A stretch of 64,000 nt of DNA from Paramecium tetraurelia. Lineage: Eukaryota. Numbering within the stretch: the first letter of the stretch is position 1; each line of letters begins with the position of its first letter. The stretch is from positions 124,001-188,000 of the forward strand of contig CT868060.1 in assembly GCA_000165425.1 (NCBI GenBank), read 5' to 3'. The notes under the pieces were generated by a model. That model had not been told where the DNA came from and did not search any database. It was given only the letters and a program-made list of their open reading frames with translations. Position numbers and translations under genes: made by a program. Shown here in pieces: positions 52,876 through 64,000 of the stretch.

Positions 52876-55800
52876 ATGAAAATCATCCTGTTATTTGCTG
52901 AATTAGTTATACTGTCGAAATAGGCTATAAAAGATGATTTAATAAACAATAGTTAGGCTGGGGTACTTTATTTAGAAAATGAAAATGTATTCTAATTTGA
53001 TAAAACATATGCAATATATGTAAATGGTGAGGATTTTAACGATATGAAAAATTATAGTGTTGATATATTAGAGGAGATTAGTATAGAAAAGAGGTAATTT
53101 AATGATTTAAATGGAAATGAGAAGATATTTAGTTTGAATAAGAATGGTGATGATGATATTGATATTATGTTATTAAAGAATGGAAGTATTGAATGTTTAT
53201 ATTAAATTAAGAATTACATTTAGGATGATCAAATAATTATGAAATCAAAAGAGTGTTAAATATTGTTAAATCACTAAGATTGCAATCAATTATATAAATT
53301 AGATTAAGACATCTATATAATTTAATGTAATTACAATTCAACTAATACTCTTATTTAAATTATCAATCAAACATAAATATTAGATCAAATTATACTTCCA
53401 ATTCAATCTAATTGTTAATCTGATTCCATATTCAATAATCATCAAACATTAATCATATTTAATAAATTATGTTAAACTACCATATTCCATTCCATCTCCA
53501 TCTCAAATCTATTAACCTTTTATAATCTTACTCAATATGACTTAAAAGATGATAATTCAATATAAGACTTTACTCCAAGTGCTTTGTTTAGTATGCACTT
53601 TTGTTCAAATGACTTAATCGATATCAACTTTCATAATCTTTTTATCACTTATATTTTACCTTAGAAGATAATTTCAAAAAAAAAGTATTTCACAAATGCA
53701 CATAAAATTGTGTAAAGGTTCTAGTCTTGTGAAAGTCATAGCAACTATGTCGAACTAAATGAGAACAGCAATTAACTTTTAGTTAGGAAAAAGACACTAA
53801 ATATAAGTACCTCATTTTATATCTAATCATACTGGATTAATTACTTGATGGTTTTTCATAAACAAGATGAATTAGTAGTACTTTTTAATAATAAAGTAAA
53901 ATAACACATAACCAATTCTTTTTAATACGTATTAGCTTTGACAGAGTTGCCCGTAATTTTTGCAATTAAGGAAAAATTAATGATCATATATAAGGTGAAT
54001 TATCCTTAACAATTTTTTACAGTATCTCAAGATTAGCACCTTTTAAAGAAAATAAGAATAAATACAGATTATGTTTTTCCTCCATCAGATTTATTTTATA
54101 GTACGATTGAAGTCTCGGCTAAATAAAATCTAAAATTTTTACTTCTAACTTCGAAAGCTACATATTTTATTCCAAAAATCAACAGTACAGTTTGCATTCA
54201 TCACAACATATTACAAAAAACAGATGCTTTTGAAATACTCGTTAGTTAAGAACAATCAAATTTTAACATCATTGAATAGAATGATAATATAAATTTCTGC
54301 ATGGTGCAATTAATCTCTAAAGGGAAAGCTTTTGTTTTTGAAAATAAATATTAGAATATTGATATTATAATAACGTAACAAGATCAAATTTTATCAATAT
54401 ATACTTGTGAGAAGAATAAACTAAAACATTTTAATAAAATATTGATTTAAAAGAATTACAGAGATATTTTATCATTTCCCCATTCTTTTTAACTGGTTAT
54501 CATTTACTATTATAAAATTGAATTCATAGAATTTTAAAACTTATAAGTTATTTAATCTACACAACACTTTGATAAAAAGATTTTAAATTATTATTAAAAT
54601 TATGAATAAATAAATATCTTATTCGAAGATTGTACAAAGGCCGATGCAAATATCAGAGTTAGAGATATATAGGCCATTTTTTAAGATAAGTATCCGTTTG
54701 ATTGTAAGCTCAGTCTTTAGTTTATATTTAATGAAATATTTATCACTTAAGATAAAATGCTATGTTTCCCAATTAAGGGCTTTAGGAGAAAGCTGGTTAA
54801 TTTGGAAGGTTAGAAAAATATCATGACAATTGTACTCAGACAATTTTTGATTTTAGTAAAGTAGGTGGAAGATGAATACTAATTGAATTTATTTCACATA
54901 AGCAAGACGGAGGCAATTTTCTTATATAATCTACCGACTTATGATTTCCAAATCAAAGATTAAATATCATATTAAATTTTTGAATACTTCCTTATTATCA
55001 GGGCTTAGAAGTAAGATAAAAATTATTTATTGACTTATGATGTAAGTAAAACAGCTTTGTTATCTCTTATTCGAATTACATAGATTGATCAATATGAAAC
55101 CTTTTTTTAAATCATATCTTCAGATTCGTTCCTGTATTATTTTTAAGACAAATTTAGAATCAAAAACATAGCCATTAGTTGTTTCAATAATATTCCTAAA
55201 GTTATAAATGGCACGTTTATATTAAATTAAGAATTTCAATTTTAAATTATTTCTTAAATTAATAAAGAAATTTTACCCTTTAAACTTGAACTCATTTCTA
55301 TTAGTGATGATTACAATTTAAGGATACTTAAATAAGAACAAACCATAATCTCCAAAAATACAATCAATTTAAGGAACATACATGGTAACATAGAGAAGAT
55401 TGAAATTTTACCATTAGACGATTATTAAATAATATATCCAATAACATTTACTGATGTGCATAAAGATTTTACTTTTTACGAATAAGGAATATGTTATGAT
55501 TAGTCAAAAAGACTTATCATTAATTGTTTTGATGACCATCAATACTATATATAAGATAATACCATAGAAGTAATCCTCAATGTTGGTTATGCTAAGGATA
55601 AAACTTTTTATCAAGTTTTTTATTAATCAATAACAGGAAATATTAATTTTATGACAATTAATATCAAATTAGATGAAGTTTATTATGAAATCAAACAAAC
55701 CGCAATCCCAGATAATTATTACAAAGACTTATACAGTATTAATTTATTATTATTAAGATTCTAAAATTAAAAAAATCTAAACAACATAAAATCTATCAAC

Positions 55801-56698
55801 TTTTGAGCTCTTTTATTAAAATAATTTGTTTACATACAACAACATTTATGCCGAATAATTAAGAGAAGCTTTTAAAGATAATACTCTTTTGGAGGTAGCT
55901 TATTTAATTGATTCTACATTTCTTTTTCTTTCCAAATAATCACCACAAAATATAATTATGAAGTTTATTGTAATTACTGAAGAGAATGAAAAAGAAATTA
56001 AATGTGATATTAGATTATAGTATCAAGTAAAATTAAATGAAATAATTCCAGAAAGTTTAATAAACATGTTATATTATTAAACAACGAGTTTAAAAATATT
56101 TGAAGTTCAAATTGAATAAGAAGTAATTCATTTTCAAATCGGTGTTTTTTTTCTTGAGTATTTTTCTATTTTGATTTCATATGAAATGGATATCAATTTT
56201 TAATCAATGCCGAAAGTAGAAAATACTGCAATATTGAGATATTAGAAGGATTTTTCATTAGAAAGGCCGCTCTTTGTTGATAATAATATTACCCTGTTGA
56301 TTTTGGATTTCAATAAAATTGAGTTTGTTTATGTATATGATACTCGTAGAAAACAAGCCTAAAACAATATTGATAGTATTTAGAGATTTGAAAATAACCA
56401 TTTTACAGGAATGGAAAGGTTTAATTAATCTCACTATTTACTTAAATCTATGGTTAGAATCTAATTTATCACTCTTGATGAACTGAAATTCACTTGTTAA
56501 AATGAGTGCAAACCTATTCAATCTATATAACTTAGTAATTAAGTATCAAAAATCTCAATAGAAATTTCAAATTTTGAGTATAACAAAATATCTAGTCTAG
56601 AAGTAAGGAAAGTAGAAGTTTGCATTATTATAACTATATTTATACTTATTTTACTAATTCTAAGGTTTTCAAGGAGAAAAAATGTATAAAAGAGTTGA
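52876..56698 (+). CDS. ~1266-aa single-pass membrane protein, family member A
   Basis: MKIILLFAELVILS signal; open in frame 1 to a 22-nt intron 55736-55757, then frame 2; LYNLPTYDF, IDSIQRFE, FTCQNEC...LSNQVSKISIEI, TM VCIIITIFILILLIL followed by RFSRRK. Confidence 0.85.
53050..53528 (+). repeat. Copy 1 of a 479-bp perfect direct repeat (508 bp with 2 mismatches: 53042-53549) inside gene A
   Basis: Line-by-line identity with 57070-57548 at a constant offset of 4020. Confidence 0.95.
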
Positions 56699-56901
56699 AT
56701 TATGAATTTATATATTTTATTTGCTTAAAGCTAATTTTGTATATCTAATAGATTTATTATTGTATATCTGAATGCATTGACATTGTTTTGAATGAAATAA
56801 CTATAATATTAAATTAAGTTATAACCTAAACATAGAAATCTCAAAAATTACAATAACTACTTAAGTTAATTTTTATTCAGTATTAAATAAACAAGTTTTA
56901 T

Positions 56902-59900
56902 ATGTTCTTAAAAATATTTTTGCTTATAAAGATAACTTTATGTTAGAGTGTAACCACCTTATTAAAGGAGATGAACTATAATATTTTTCCTGACGAGAAG
57001 ATCTTTGTAAAAAATGAATAGTATGCAATAAATATTAATGATGATAATCTAGAAAAAATTCATATGAATAATTATAGTGTTGATATATTAGAGGAGATTA
57101 GTATAGAAAAGAGGTAATTTAATGATTTAAATGGAAATGAGAAGATATTTAGTTTGAATAAGAATGGTGATGATGATATTGATATTATGTTATTAAAGAA
57201 TGGAAGTATTGAATGTTTATATTAAATTAAGAATTACATTTAGGATGATCAAATAATTATGAAATCAAAAGAGTGTTAAATATTGTTAAATCACTAAGAT
57301 TGCAATCAATTATATAAATTAGATTAAGACATCTATATAATTTAATGTAATTACAATTCAACTAATACTCTTATTTAAATTATCAATCAAACATAAATAT
57401 TAGATCAAATTATACTTCCAATTCAATCTAATTGTTAATCTGATTCCATATTCAATAATCATCAAACATTAATCATATTTAATAAATTATGTTAAACTAC
57501 CATATTCCATTCCATCTCCATCTCAAATCTATTAACCTTTTATAATCTAACTCAATATGACTTAAAAGAGGGGGAAGGACTTACTCAAACTACTTAATAA
57601 TTGATAGATATTTAGTTTATCTCTCAATTCGAATTAGCTATAGGGTACACTAATTGTATAGTTTTTTTTTTTCTCAAAGCACAGGGTTTGTCATTTGACA
57701 TTAAAAATCAGTAGTTTTAAATTAAAGCATTTTACGTAACCAATAAACCATCCATCAAAATATTGGTTGAAATAGATCAGAACAATTAATAATTGTATTT
57801 GAATAAACAATAATTGAATTTCAGTAGTATTGGATTTTAAAAGGTTCTTTTAGTTAAAAAATATTTTTATTTGTTTCACTTTACAGATAAAATATTTGTT
57901 TAATTCAAAAAAATGTATTCAAATACAATATCCATCAATACCAAAAACTTGGTTTAAATTGGTGAGTTACCCTATTTTATTGCATTATCAAATAAATAGT
58001 TAAGATTAATTAAATTGATCATGCCTAAATCTGTTGTATCTTATAAAAATTCTGATAAATTGTTAGTAATTTAAACTTTGTAAACATAATTTCCTAGTTT
58101 CATCCTTAATCTAAAATTATTTGATCGACATAATCCAATCTAATACTTTCCAACAAAAAAATTATATCTTGATTTAATTAATTATTACAGGGATAATTAA
58201 TTAATATGCTTATCATATATGAAATTTCAAAGAACTCTTCCAATATAAATAACATAGATAATGGAGATGGATAATAGATAAATAGCTGCAGATGATTACT
58301 CAATAGAAATTACATCGAGTTTGAATTTAAATGGAATCCCAACGAATTATAAATTTCTTTTTCTACACAAGTTTTAAAAGGATTAATTGGTTTATGTAAT
58401 AATTGAAGAAAATACTATTATTCAATTTATATTTTATGATAATGGAAAGTCTTTCAAAACACATAAATTTGTTTTACTTGCTAATTTGATAGACATTTTT
58501 ATTAATAGATAATAAATATTAATAACAATAGTTTATGAAAAGTCAATTGAAATTTATTAATTAACATTTGGTGACATACAAAGGAAACTGCATTAAACAA
58601 AAATGAAGATAATTGCAGCAAGATAACTAAATTATTTTGTATATTATTTACTTGAAAATTGTAATAAGGTTGCAATAAGATTGTAATCAAATGATATCAA
58701 CTTTGAAATGTTAAAGTATATTTTTGATTGTAAAAGTTCTCTTTAATTTATAAAAGAAGATGTTTATATAGATAGTCATTCTATAAGTTTGAAACATAGG
58801 ATGTCTTTTTACGTTCAAAAATTAACTTTAAAAGAGCAGGTAATTGAAGTAAGAAATATACTAACAGATCATCTTCTGCTGTTCACTTGTTATAAAAATA
58901 AATAGTATGTTAAATTATATCAAGTTAATTTGGATGAAGTTTTCTAACTTTACACTCTACCCACATATAATTATTCTATCGAGTTCCCATTTTACTATCG
59001 AATAGAGAAGTCAATTTTAATGATTAAAGCAAGAAATTCTAGCTAAGCTTTCTTTATATTGATTTATGATGTCTAAAAAACAGCAGTTGAATGCTTGATT
59101 TAAATTACGGAAATTGATGAGGAAGAAAGATTTCCATTTGATTTTGTTAACGAGGGCGAATATTTTTTTTAATTTTAGGAATAACTTAAAATACAACCTT
59201 TGCATCAACCATGTTTTTACTTCAAACCAGTTTAAGATAGTTTAGACTTTATTTATGATAAACCTCTAAAAATTATAACTTACTCATAAATTAGCAATTA
59301 ATATGTAGATCTAGAATTCCATCTTATTATTATTAACAAGAATTATACATTATAATAATTGAATTTGAGTAAGAAGATATTAACAGGGAATATTGTTAAC
59401 GTAGATAATATTTTTGGAACTGTTGAAAAAGTTGAGATTATTGGAACAGAAAATATATTAGTAAATTTACCACTTACGTTTAACAATTGTTCCAAGATTT
59501 GTCTTTATTATGGATATGGCGTTTGTGTTAATAGATCATCTATTATAAAAAATATATTTGATTAAAGCATATCTATATCACGCTCTTAATATACAGAATC
59601 TCCCATTTTCTATGTTGGATTTAATCCAGATGATTGCATTCATGCAATTTACATAAAGGGTAATGATTCTCTATTACTGAATCAATTTAATTTTTGCAAT
59701 TAGAATTAATCGTTACTTTAGAATTACAAAGTCTTAACCAACATTGAAAGTAATATTACAATATATTTTAGCATTAAGAAATTTCAGATAAATTTAAGAT
59801 TTACAGATAGCTGGTCATTTCTTCGATAATTCCTATTTTAGTTTTAAATAAAAGAAATTGCTTGATAACAAACTCTAAGATTCATTCAGATAAGTTACCT

Positions 59901-60730
59901 TTGATTTTTTTGACGCCATCAAGATCAATAATTCCACTTACTTAACTCTAAATGTAAAGTTATAGTTGTTTGAACTCAGACTCATAGATTTTATTCTAAT
60001 AGGAGACCAAGCTTAATCTGATATCATTTTCTATAAATATTATGTATTGAATGACATGATTGATGATACTCATCTGAAATTCCATTAAGTGGTCTTTAAA
60101 ACAATTTACATCTATTAAATTATCAACAACATTAATCAAATTGAAATCCTGTTTATTGTTTTTTTTAAACACCATCTGGCTTATTTAATGAAATTAACAT
60201 TTGATTAGAATAATTTAGATCAGATGAAATTAGTCTAATAGGGAATGATAAGATACAATTAGGATGCAATATTTGAGAAGTTACTCTTTATTGATAATGA
60301 TTACATTGTTGCAGCCTTTAAATTTGATGAAGATACATTTATTAATGTATTTGATATCAGTGTTTTATCAAAAACTAAAAATATAGACAGTATTTAAAAG
60401 TTGAGAGATAATAATTATACCCATATTGAAAGATACAACGCAACACATTTTGTAATTGTTGAGAGTGTAAGCTAATCTTATCATTAAGTTCATTTAATTA
60501 GAATTAATAAGTTAGGACTTGAATGTTAGGAATAATGCAATGGAACTGCTTATTTAAAGTTAAGTAATAAAGTATCACAACTTTTAATTGAAATTAATTT
60601 TTCGCCTGAATAAAATATTCAAAAGGGTTCTTTAATCATTATCCTTCTCATTATTAATTTTATTTCTATCTTGAATAGATTGTGGTGTAAAAAAAAGGAT
60701 AAAAAGAAGAAGGTAATCTTGAGTAATTGA
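56902..60730 (+). CDS. ~1268-aa single-pass membrane protein, family member B (tandem paralog of A)
   Basis: MFLKIFLLIKITLC signal; 22-nt intron 59750-59771 at a position equivalent to A's intron; LYTLPTYNY, IDSIQKL, LECQEQCNGTAYLKLSNKVSQLLIEI, TM LIIILLIINFISIL followed by KKKDKKKK. Confidence 0.85.
57070..57548 (+). repeat. Copy 2 of the 479-bp perfect direct repeat inside gene B
   Basis: Identical to 53050-53528, same reading frame. Confidence 0.95.
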
Positions 60731-60965
60731 AAATATATTATTAATGATTAAATCATATTTTAAAATAATATTAATCATTTATTATATGAAAATGAAACTA
60801 ATACACTTTAGTTTATTACACCATCAATTTAAAAAGATCAATATAAATTCAACTAAAATATTATTTATATTAGACAACAAGAATGAAAGAATTTAATTAG
60901 GAACAACAATTTATCAAGTGTGTTTATTATATTTAATTTTAATTTATAATTTTAACGACAAACAA

Positions 60966-61638
60966 ATGAGTTCTGATGAAGAATAGGATAATTCAAATGA
61001 AGATTAGATCATCAATTTAATTTCTACCTTGCAACAGAAAAGTAACTAGTAATGAATATAAGGTTAGTAAAAACAAATCGAACAAATAATGGTTTAATGA
61101 AAACCAATAGAATAGGTGAATCAGAGAATTGGAATGAGATGAGAGAGACCTAAAAGGAAAAACGGAAGATAAACAATTTTGGGAATTCCAATGAATTTAG
61201 TTTACAAAGAGAATAGTCAAAGCACTCTAGTATATCAGAGAATTTGAGTGATTTCACAGTGAGAACTGATAAACCTGTAAAAGAATCCTAGTAGAAAACT
61301 TAATAAGCTTAAGTTCTTGAGAATAATGATATAGTAAGTGAATTTATTAATATAAGTTGGAATTGAAATAGAAGATGGACTATCTACTAAGTCAGAGGGA
61401 AAAGGATTAGGAGATGTTGGAGTAGATTAATGCGGGGTTAATGTTTCTGATCAGTCAGATTCCAAAGCCAAAACAGACAAATTCAATTGGAGTTTAGACT
61501 GTTAGTTAAAGGGAGAATTCTTAGAATTAATCTACACCTAAGGTGAAGAAAACAGCCCAATAAACTGTTTAACAAATGTTCTAAGAGCCAGATAGATATG
61601 CATTTCAAGAGATCAGAAACTTTTGCTTTAAGCGTTGA
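60966..61638 (+). CDS. Hypothetical low-complexity / short coiled-coil protein
   Basis: MSSDEEQDNSNEDQIINLISTLQQK...; two predicted 21-23 nt introns give a continuous frame to TGA 61636-61638. Confidence 0.65.
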
Positions 61639-61705
61639 TTTATGTTTAATTAAAGTATTTTATAAATTATCTTATGTGAATATATATATTAAAATATATT
61701 AAAAT

Positions 61706-62144
61706 ATGTCTTAGAAAAGTAAATTTTTTTAGTGGATTGATTACAGAGTTCGTATTACTTTAGGTGATGGACGTATGTTGGTTGGAACCTTTTTAGCTTT
61801 TGACAAGCATTTGAATGTGATTCTGAGTGAATGCGAAGAATACAGAATAAGAAAGCAAGGTAGAAGTTATTTGTAAGGTAGGAATCCACGAAATCGAAAC
61901 CAAAAGAACTTTGGGAATGATCATCGTAAGAGGCGATAATATAATATCATTATCAGCTGAAGCCCCTCCTCATCAACCTCCAAAGAAACAAGAATTATAA
62001 CCAGGACCAGGAAAAGCCCAACCAATAACAAGACAGGGAGTGACAGGAGCACCAAATATTGGTTTGATTTCATAACCTAAGGGAATGGGTTTACCTGGGT
62101 AATAAACTATGATGCCTGCAGGAATGAGTATGCCTCCGATGTGA
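61706..62144 (+). CDS. SNRPB: Small nuclear ribonucleoprotein SmB
   Basis: [43 protein letters not shown]...[23 protein letters not shown]; Pro/Gly/Met-rich tail; 22-nt intron. Confidence 0.95.
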
Positions 62145-62162
62145 AATAAAATAAAATTTAAA

Positions 62163-63337
62163 TCATTATCTTCTTACACCACCTCTTTGCAAAACAGTTA
62201 TAGTTTAAGCTATAAGTGCTTATTCTTTCTCATATTCTGCTAACAATGCTGCATGTTAAGCCTTTCTTTTAACCCATCTATCTTCAATAAATTGCAAGGT
62301 TTCTTTTGCTTCATCCAAATTGGTTTAGGCATTGTTCAACAATTCTGTCTTCACCTTAATTTATTCTATAAGATTTAATCGACAAATTACATACCAATTG
62401 TATTGGCAATTAAATCTTATAACATTGGAATCACTTCATTAACAAGAGCATCAATCTTCTTAGTGTAAGACTCCAACAACTCCAAATTAGAGGCTCTTTC
62501 ACTATTGTAGTTACTGGTTAATGCATTTCTGCCTCCATCTAATGAGTTTCTGAGTCCATTCAACATACTAAGCACCTTCTTGAGGAGATCTTAATTAGCC
62601 AAACTAATTTTAATTTATGCTCATACTTATTTTATGCAAGTTACATGAACATATCAACTATTGGTTAGTATAAGACTCTGTGATTCTTCAAATTGATAGA
62701 ACTTAATTTAGTAGCCAATGTTTTGAGTTAATCTTATTCAGTTTATATCAAGACAGGATCTAATCAAATATATACGGTTTTTATTTACTTCTCAAACCAG
62801 ACAACAATTAAATAGCTTGATCTAAAACATCTATTGCTGTATTGAAATCGCTGATTTATTTATTGTAGGTGATTTCATTTTGTCTGATGGTCTCTTCTAA
62901 TTAGGCTTTTTGTTTCTGAGTTCTATCCAATTCCTCTTGTCTCTATGTCAATTATTATTGATATGATTCCAAATGGTTATTCAAAGATCTTAGATCCTCT
63001 GTGTGTTAGGCAACTTCTGCTGTGTAGAAAGTAACTAAATCTGTGTAAAAGGCCTAATCCTCGACATATTAAGCAAAGTCAGCATCAAACAGATTGTTCT
63101 CGTCTACTTCAGATTGCTATCAGTATGACTACACAATGGTACTTTTAATTAAGCACTCAATTAGTCAATTGCATCGAAAAGCTTGTTAAAGTTGAATTGT
63201 GTGCTCATTTCGCTTAATTGCATGAACTTGGTCATTATTCTTTCCACTCGTGATGTTGGATTTGTTAAAGTGCCCTAATTACTAATGGTCACTGCGAAGG
63301 TGAGGGACAATAATCCTAATAAGACAAATGTTCTCAT
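62163..63337 (-). CDS. Trichocyst-matrix / granule-lattice-like secreted coiled-coil proprotein
   Basis: Signal peptide MRTFVLLGLLSLTFA; two acidic helical halves; AIDVLDQAIQLLSGL..VLIQ, YQPIVDMFMQLA..ANQDLLKKVLSMLNGLRNSL typical of TMP/GRL; four introns. Confidence 0.7.
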
Positions 63338-63539
63338 TATCCGTTTCTCAATATATATATGAAAATTAATATAATATAATTCGATTTCCTCATTGCAATA
63401 ATTTACATCTGCATTTACGAATTTAATTGTCACTCTTTTTAATTAATAAAAGTAACCATTTAAATAAGCAAAATATAACATTGATTATTTACAAATATAT
63501 CAAATCCTTAATGGTGAACCCAATCAATATAAAATATTA

Positions 63540-64000
63540 ATGGTGCATTCAAATGATTAGAAATTTCAACTCAGATTTATTGATCCATATAGAAGAGTCA
63601 AGGGAAAACAGTATGAATATCAACACATTATGACTCCAGAAGGCATATGCATTGTTGGATAAGCAGATCAACACTTCATTATGCTAATAGAACACAACAA
63701 CAAAACTGAAGTCATGGGAATCAAAATTATCGTGGATGGTTACACTTTGCCTGGAAGGAAAACCTTCAAGGGAAAGTGCAGAATACAAGGTTTCCCTAAT
63801 TCTGATGGAAATATCAATTGTTTTAAATTTGCAAAACCAAAGGCAGATCCTGATTCTACCAATATTTTTAAAAGAAATCTCTATAGACCCCCATGGGATC
63901 TAGAATAAAATGATATGCGCAATTACACTGGAGGTCCAGGAGAGATTATTGTAAAGATCTATGAAACTGTTTAGAAATAGAATAAGTATTATAACTTTGG
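63540..64000 (+). CDS. Hypothetical protein, 3'-truncated by the window; start uncertain
   Basis: Frame 3 open under code 6 from 63363 to the window end; GIKIIVDGYTLPG...FKFAKP...GEIIVKIYE. Confidence 0.65.

Noticed and set aside
53042..53549. Interpreting the duplicated block as a transposon or retained IES
   Set aside because: It is in-frame coding sequence homologous to the same region of paralog C. I see no terminal inverted repeats or TAYAG-type ends; flanking TA dinucleotides are trivial at this AT content.
1..64000. Short ORFs of the supplied track, and frequent in-frame TAA/TAG as signs of pseudogenes
   Set aside because: TAA/TAG fall at conserved Gln positions (e.g. KPSPIQEE in DDX6, LKNQGATC in the USP). 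The locus uses code 6, so most listed ORFs are fragments or shadow frames.

Overview
AT-rich, very gene-dense eukaryotic DNA from a ciliate macronuclear chromosome, almost certainly Paramecium (aurelia-like). Genes read as long ORFs only with genetic code 6 (TAA/TAG = Gln, TGA the sole stop) and carry tiny 20-32 nt GT..AG introns, so the supplied standard-code ORF track shows only fragments. I reconstruct about 31 protein genes by hand. Recognisable ones: DMAP1/Swc4, Vps8, DDX6/Dhh1, USP40-like, NEK and Aurora kinases, AP-2 sigma, SmB, stomatin, COMMD, a GBP-PX fusion, two Myb proteins, a MORN protein, a trichocyst-matrix-like protein and Cys-rich surface antigens. There is also at least one decayed pseudogene. 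I found no tRNA, rRNA, telomere, transposon or CRISPR array. The most striking feature is a pair of tandem, otherwise strongly diverged ~1270-aa membrane-protein genes (52876-56698 and 56902-60730). They share an in-frame 479-bp perfectly identical segment 4020 bp apart, centred on a mirror-image G-rich to C-rich strand-skew flip. Also notable: an ATGA stop/start overlap between two tandem genes, and a 1761-aa surface protein built of seven tandem 'mini-antigen' modules. All calls come from manual translation and motif recognition; no database searches were run.
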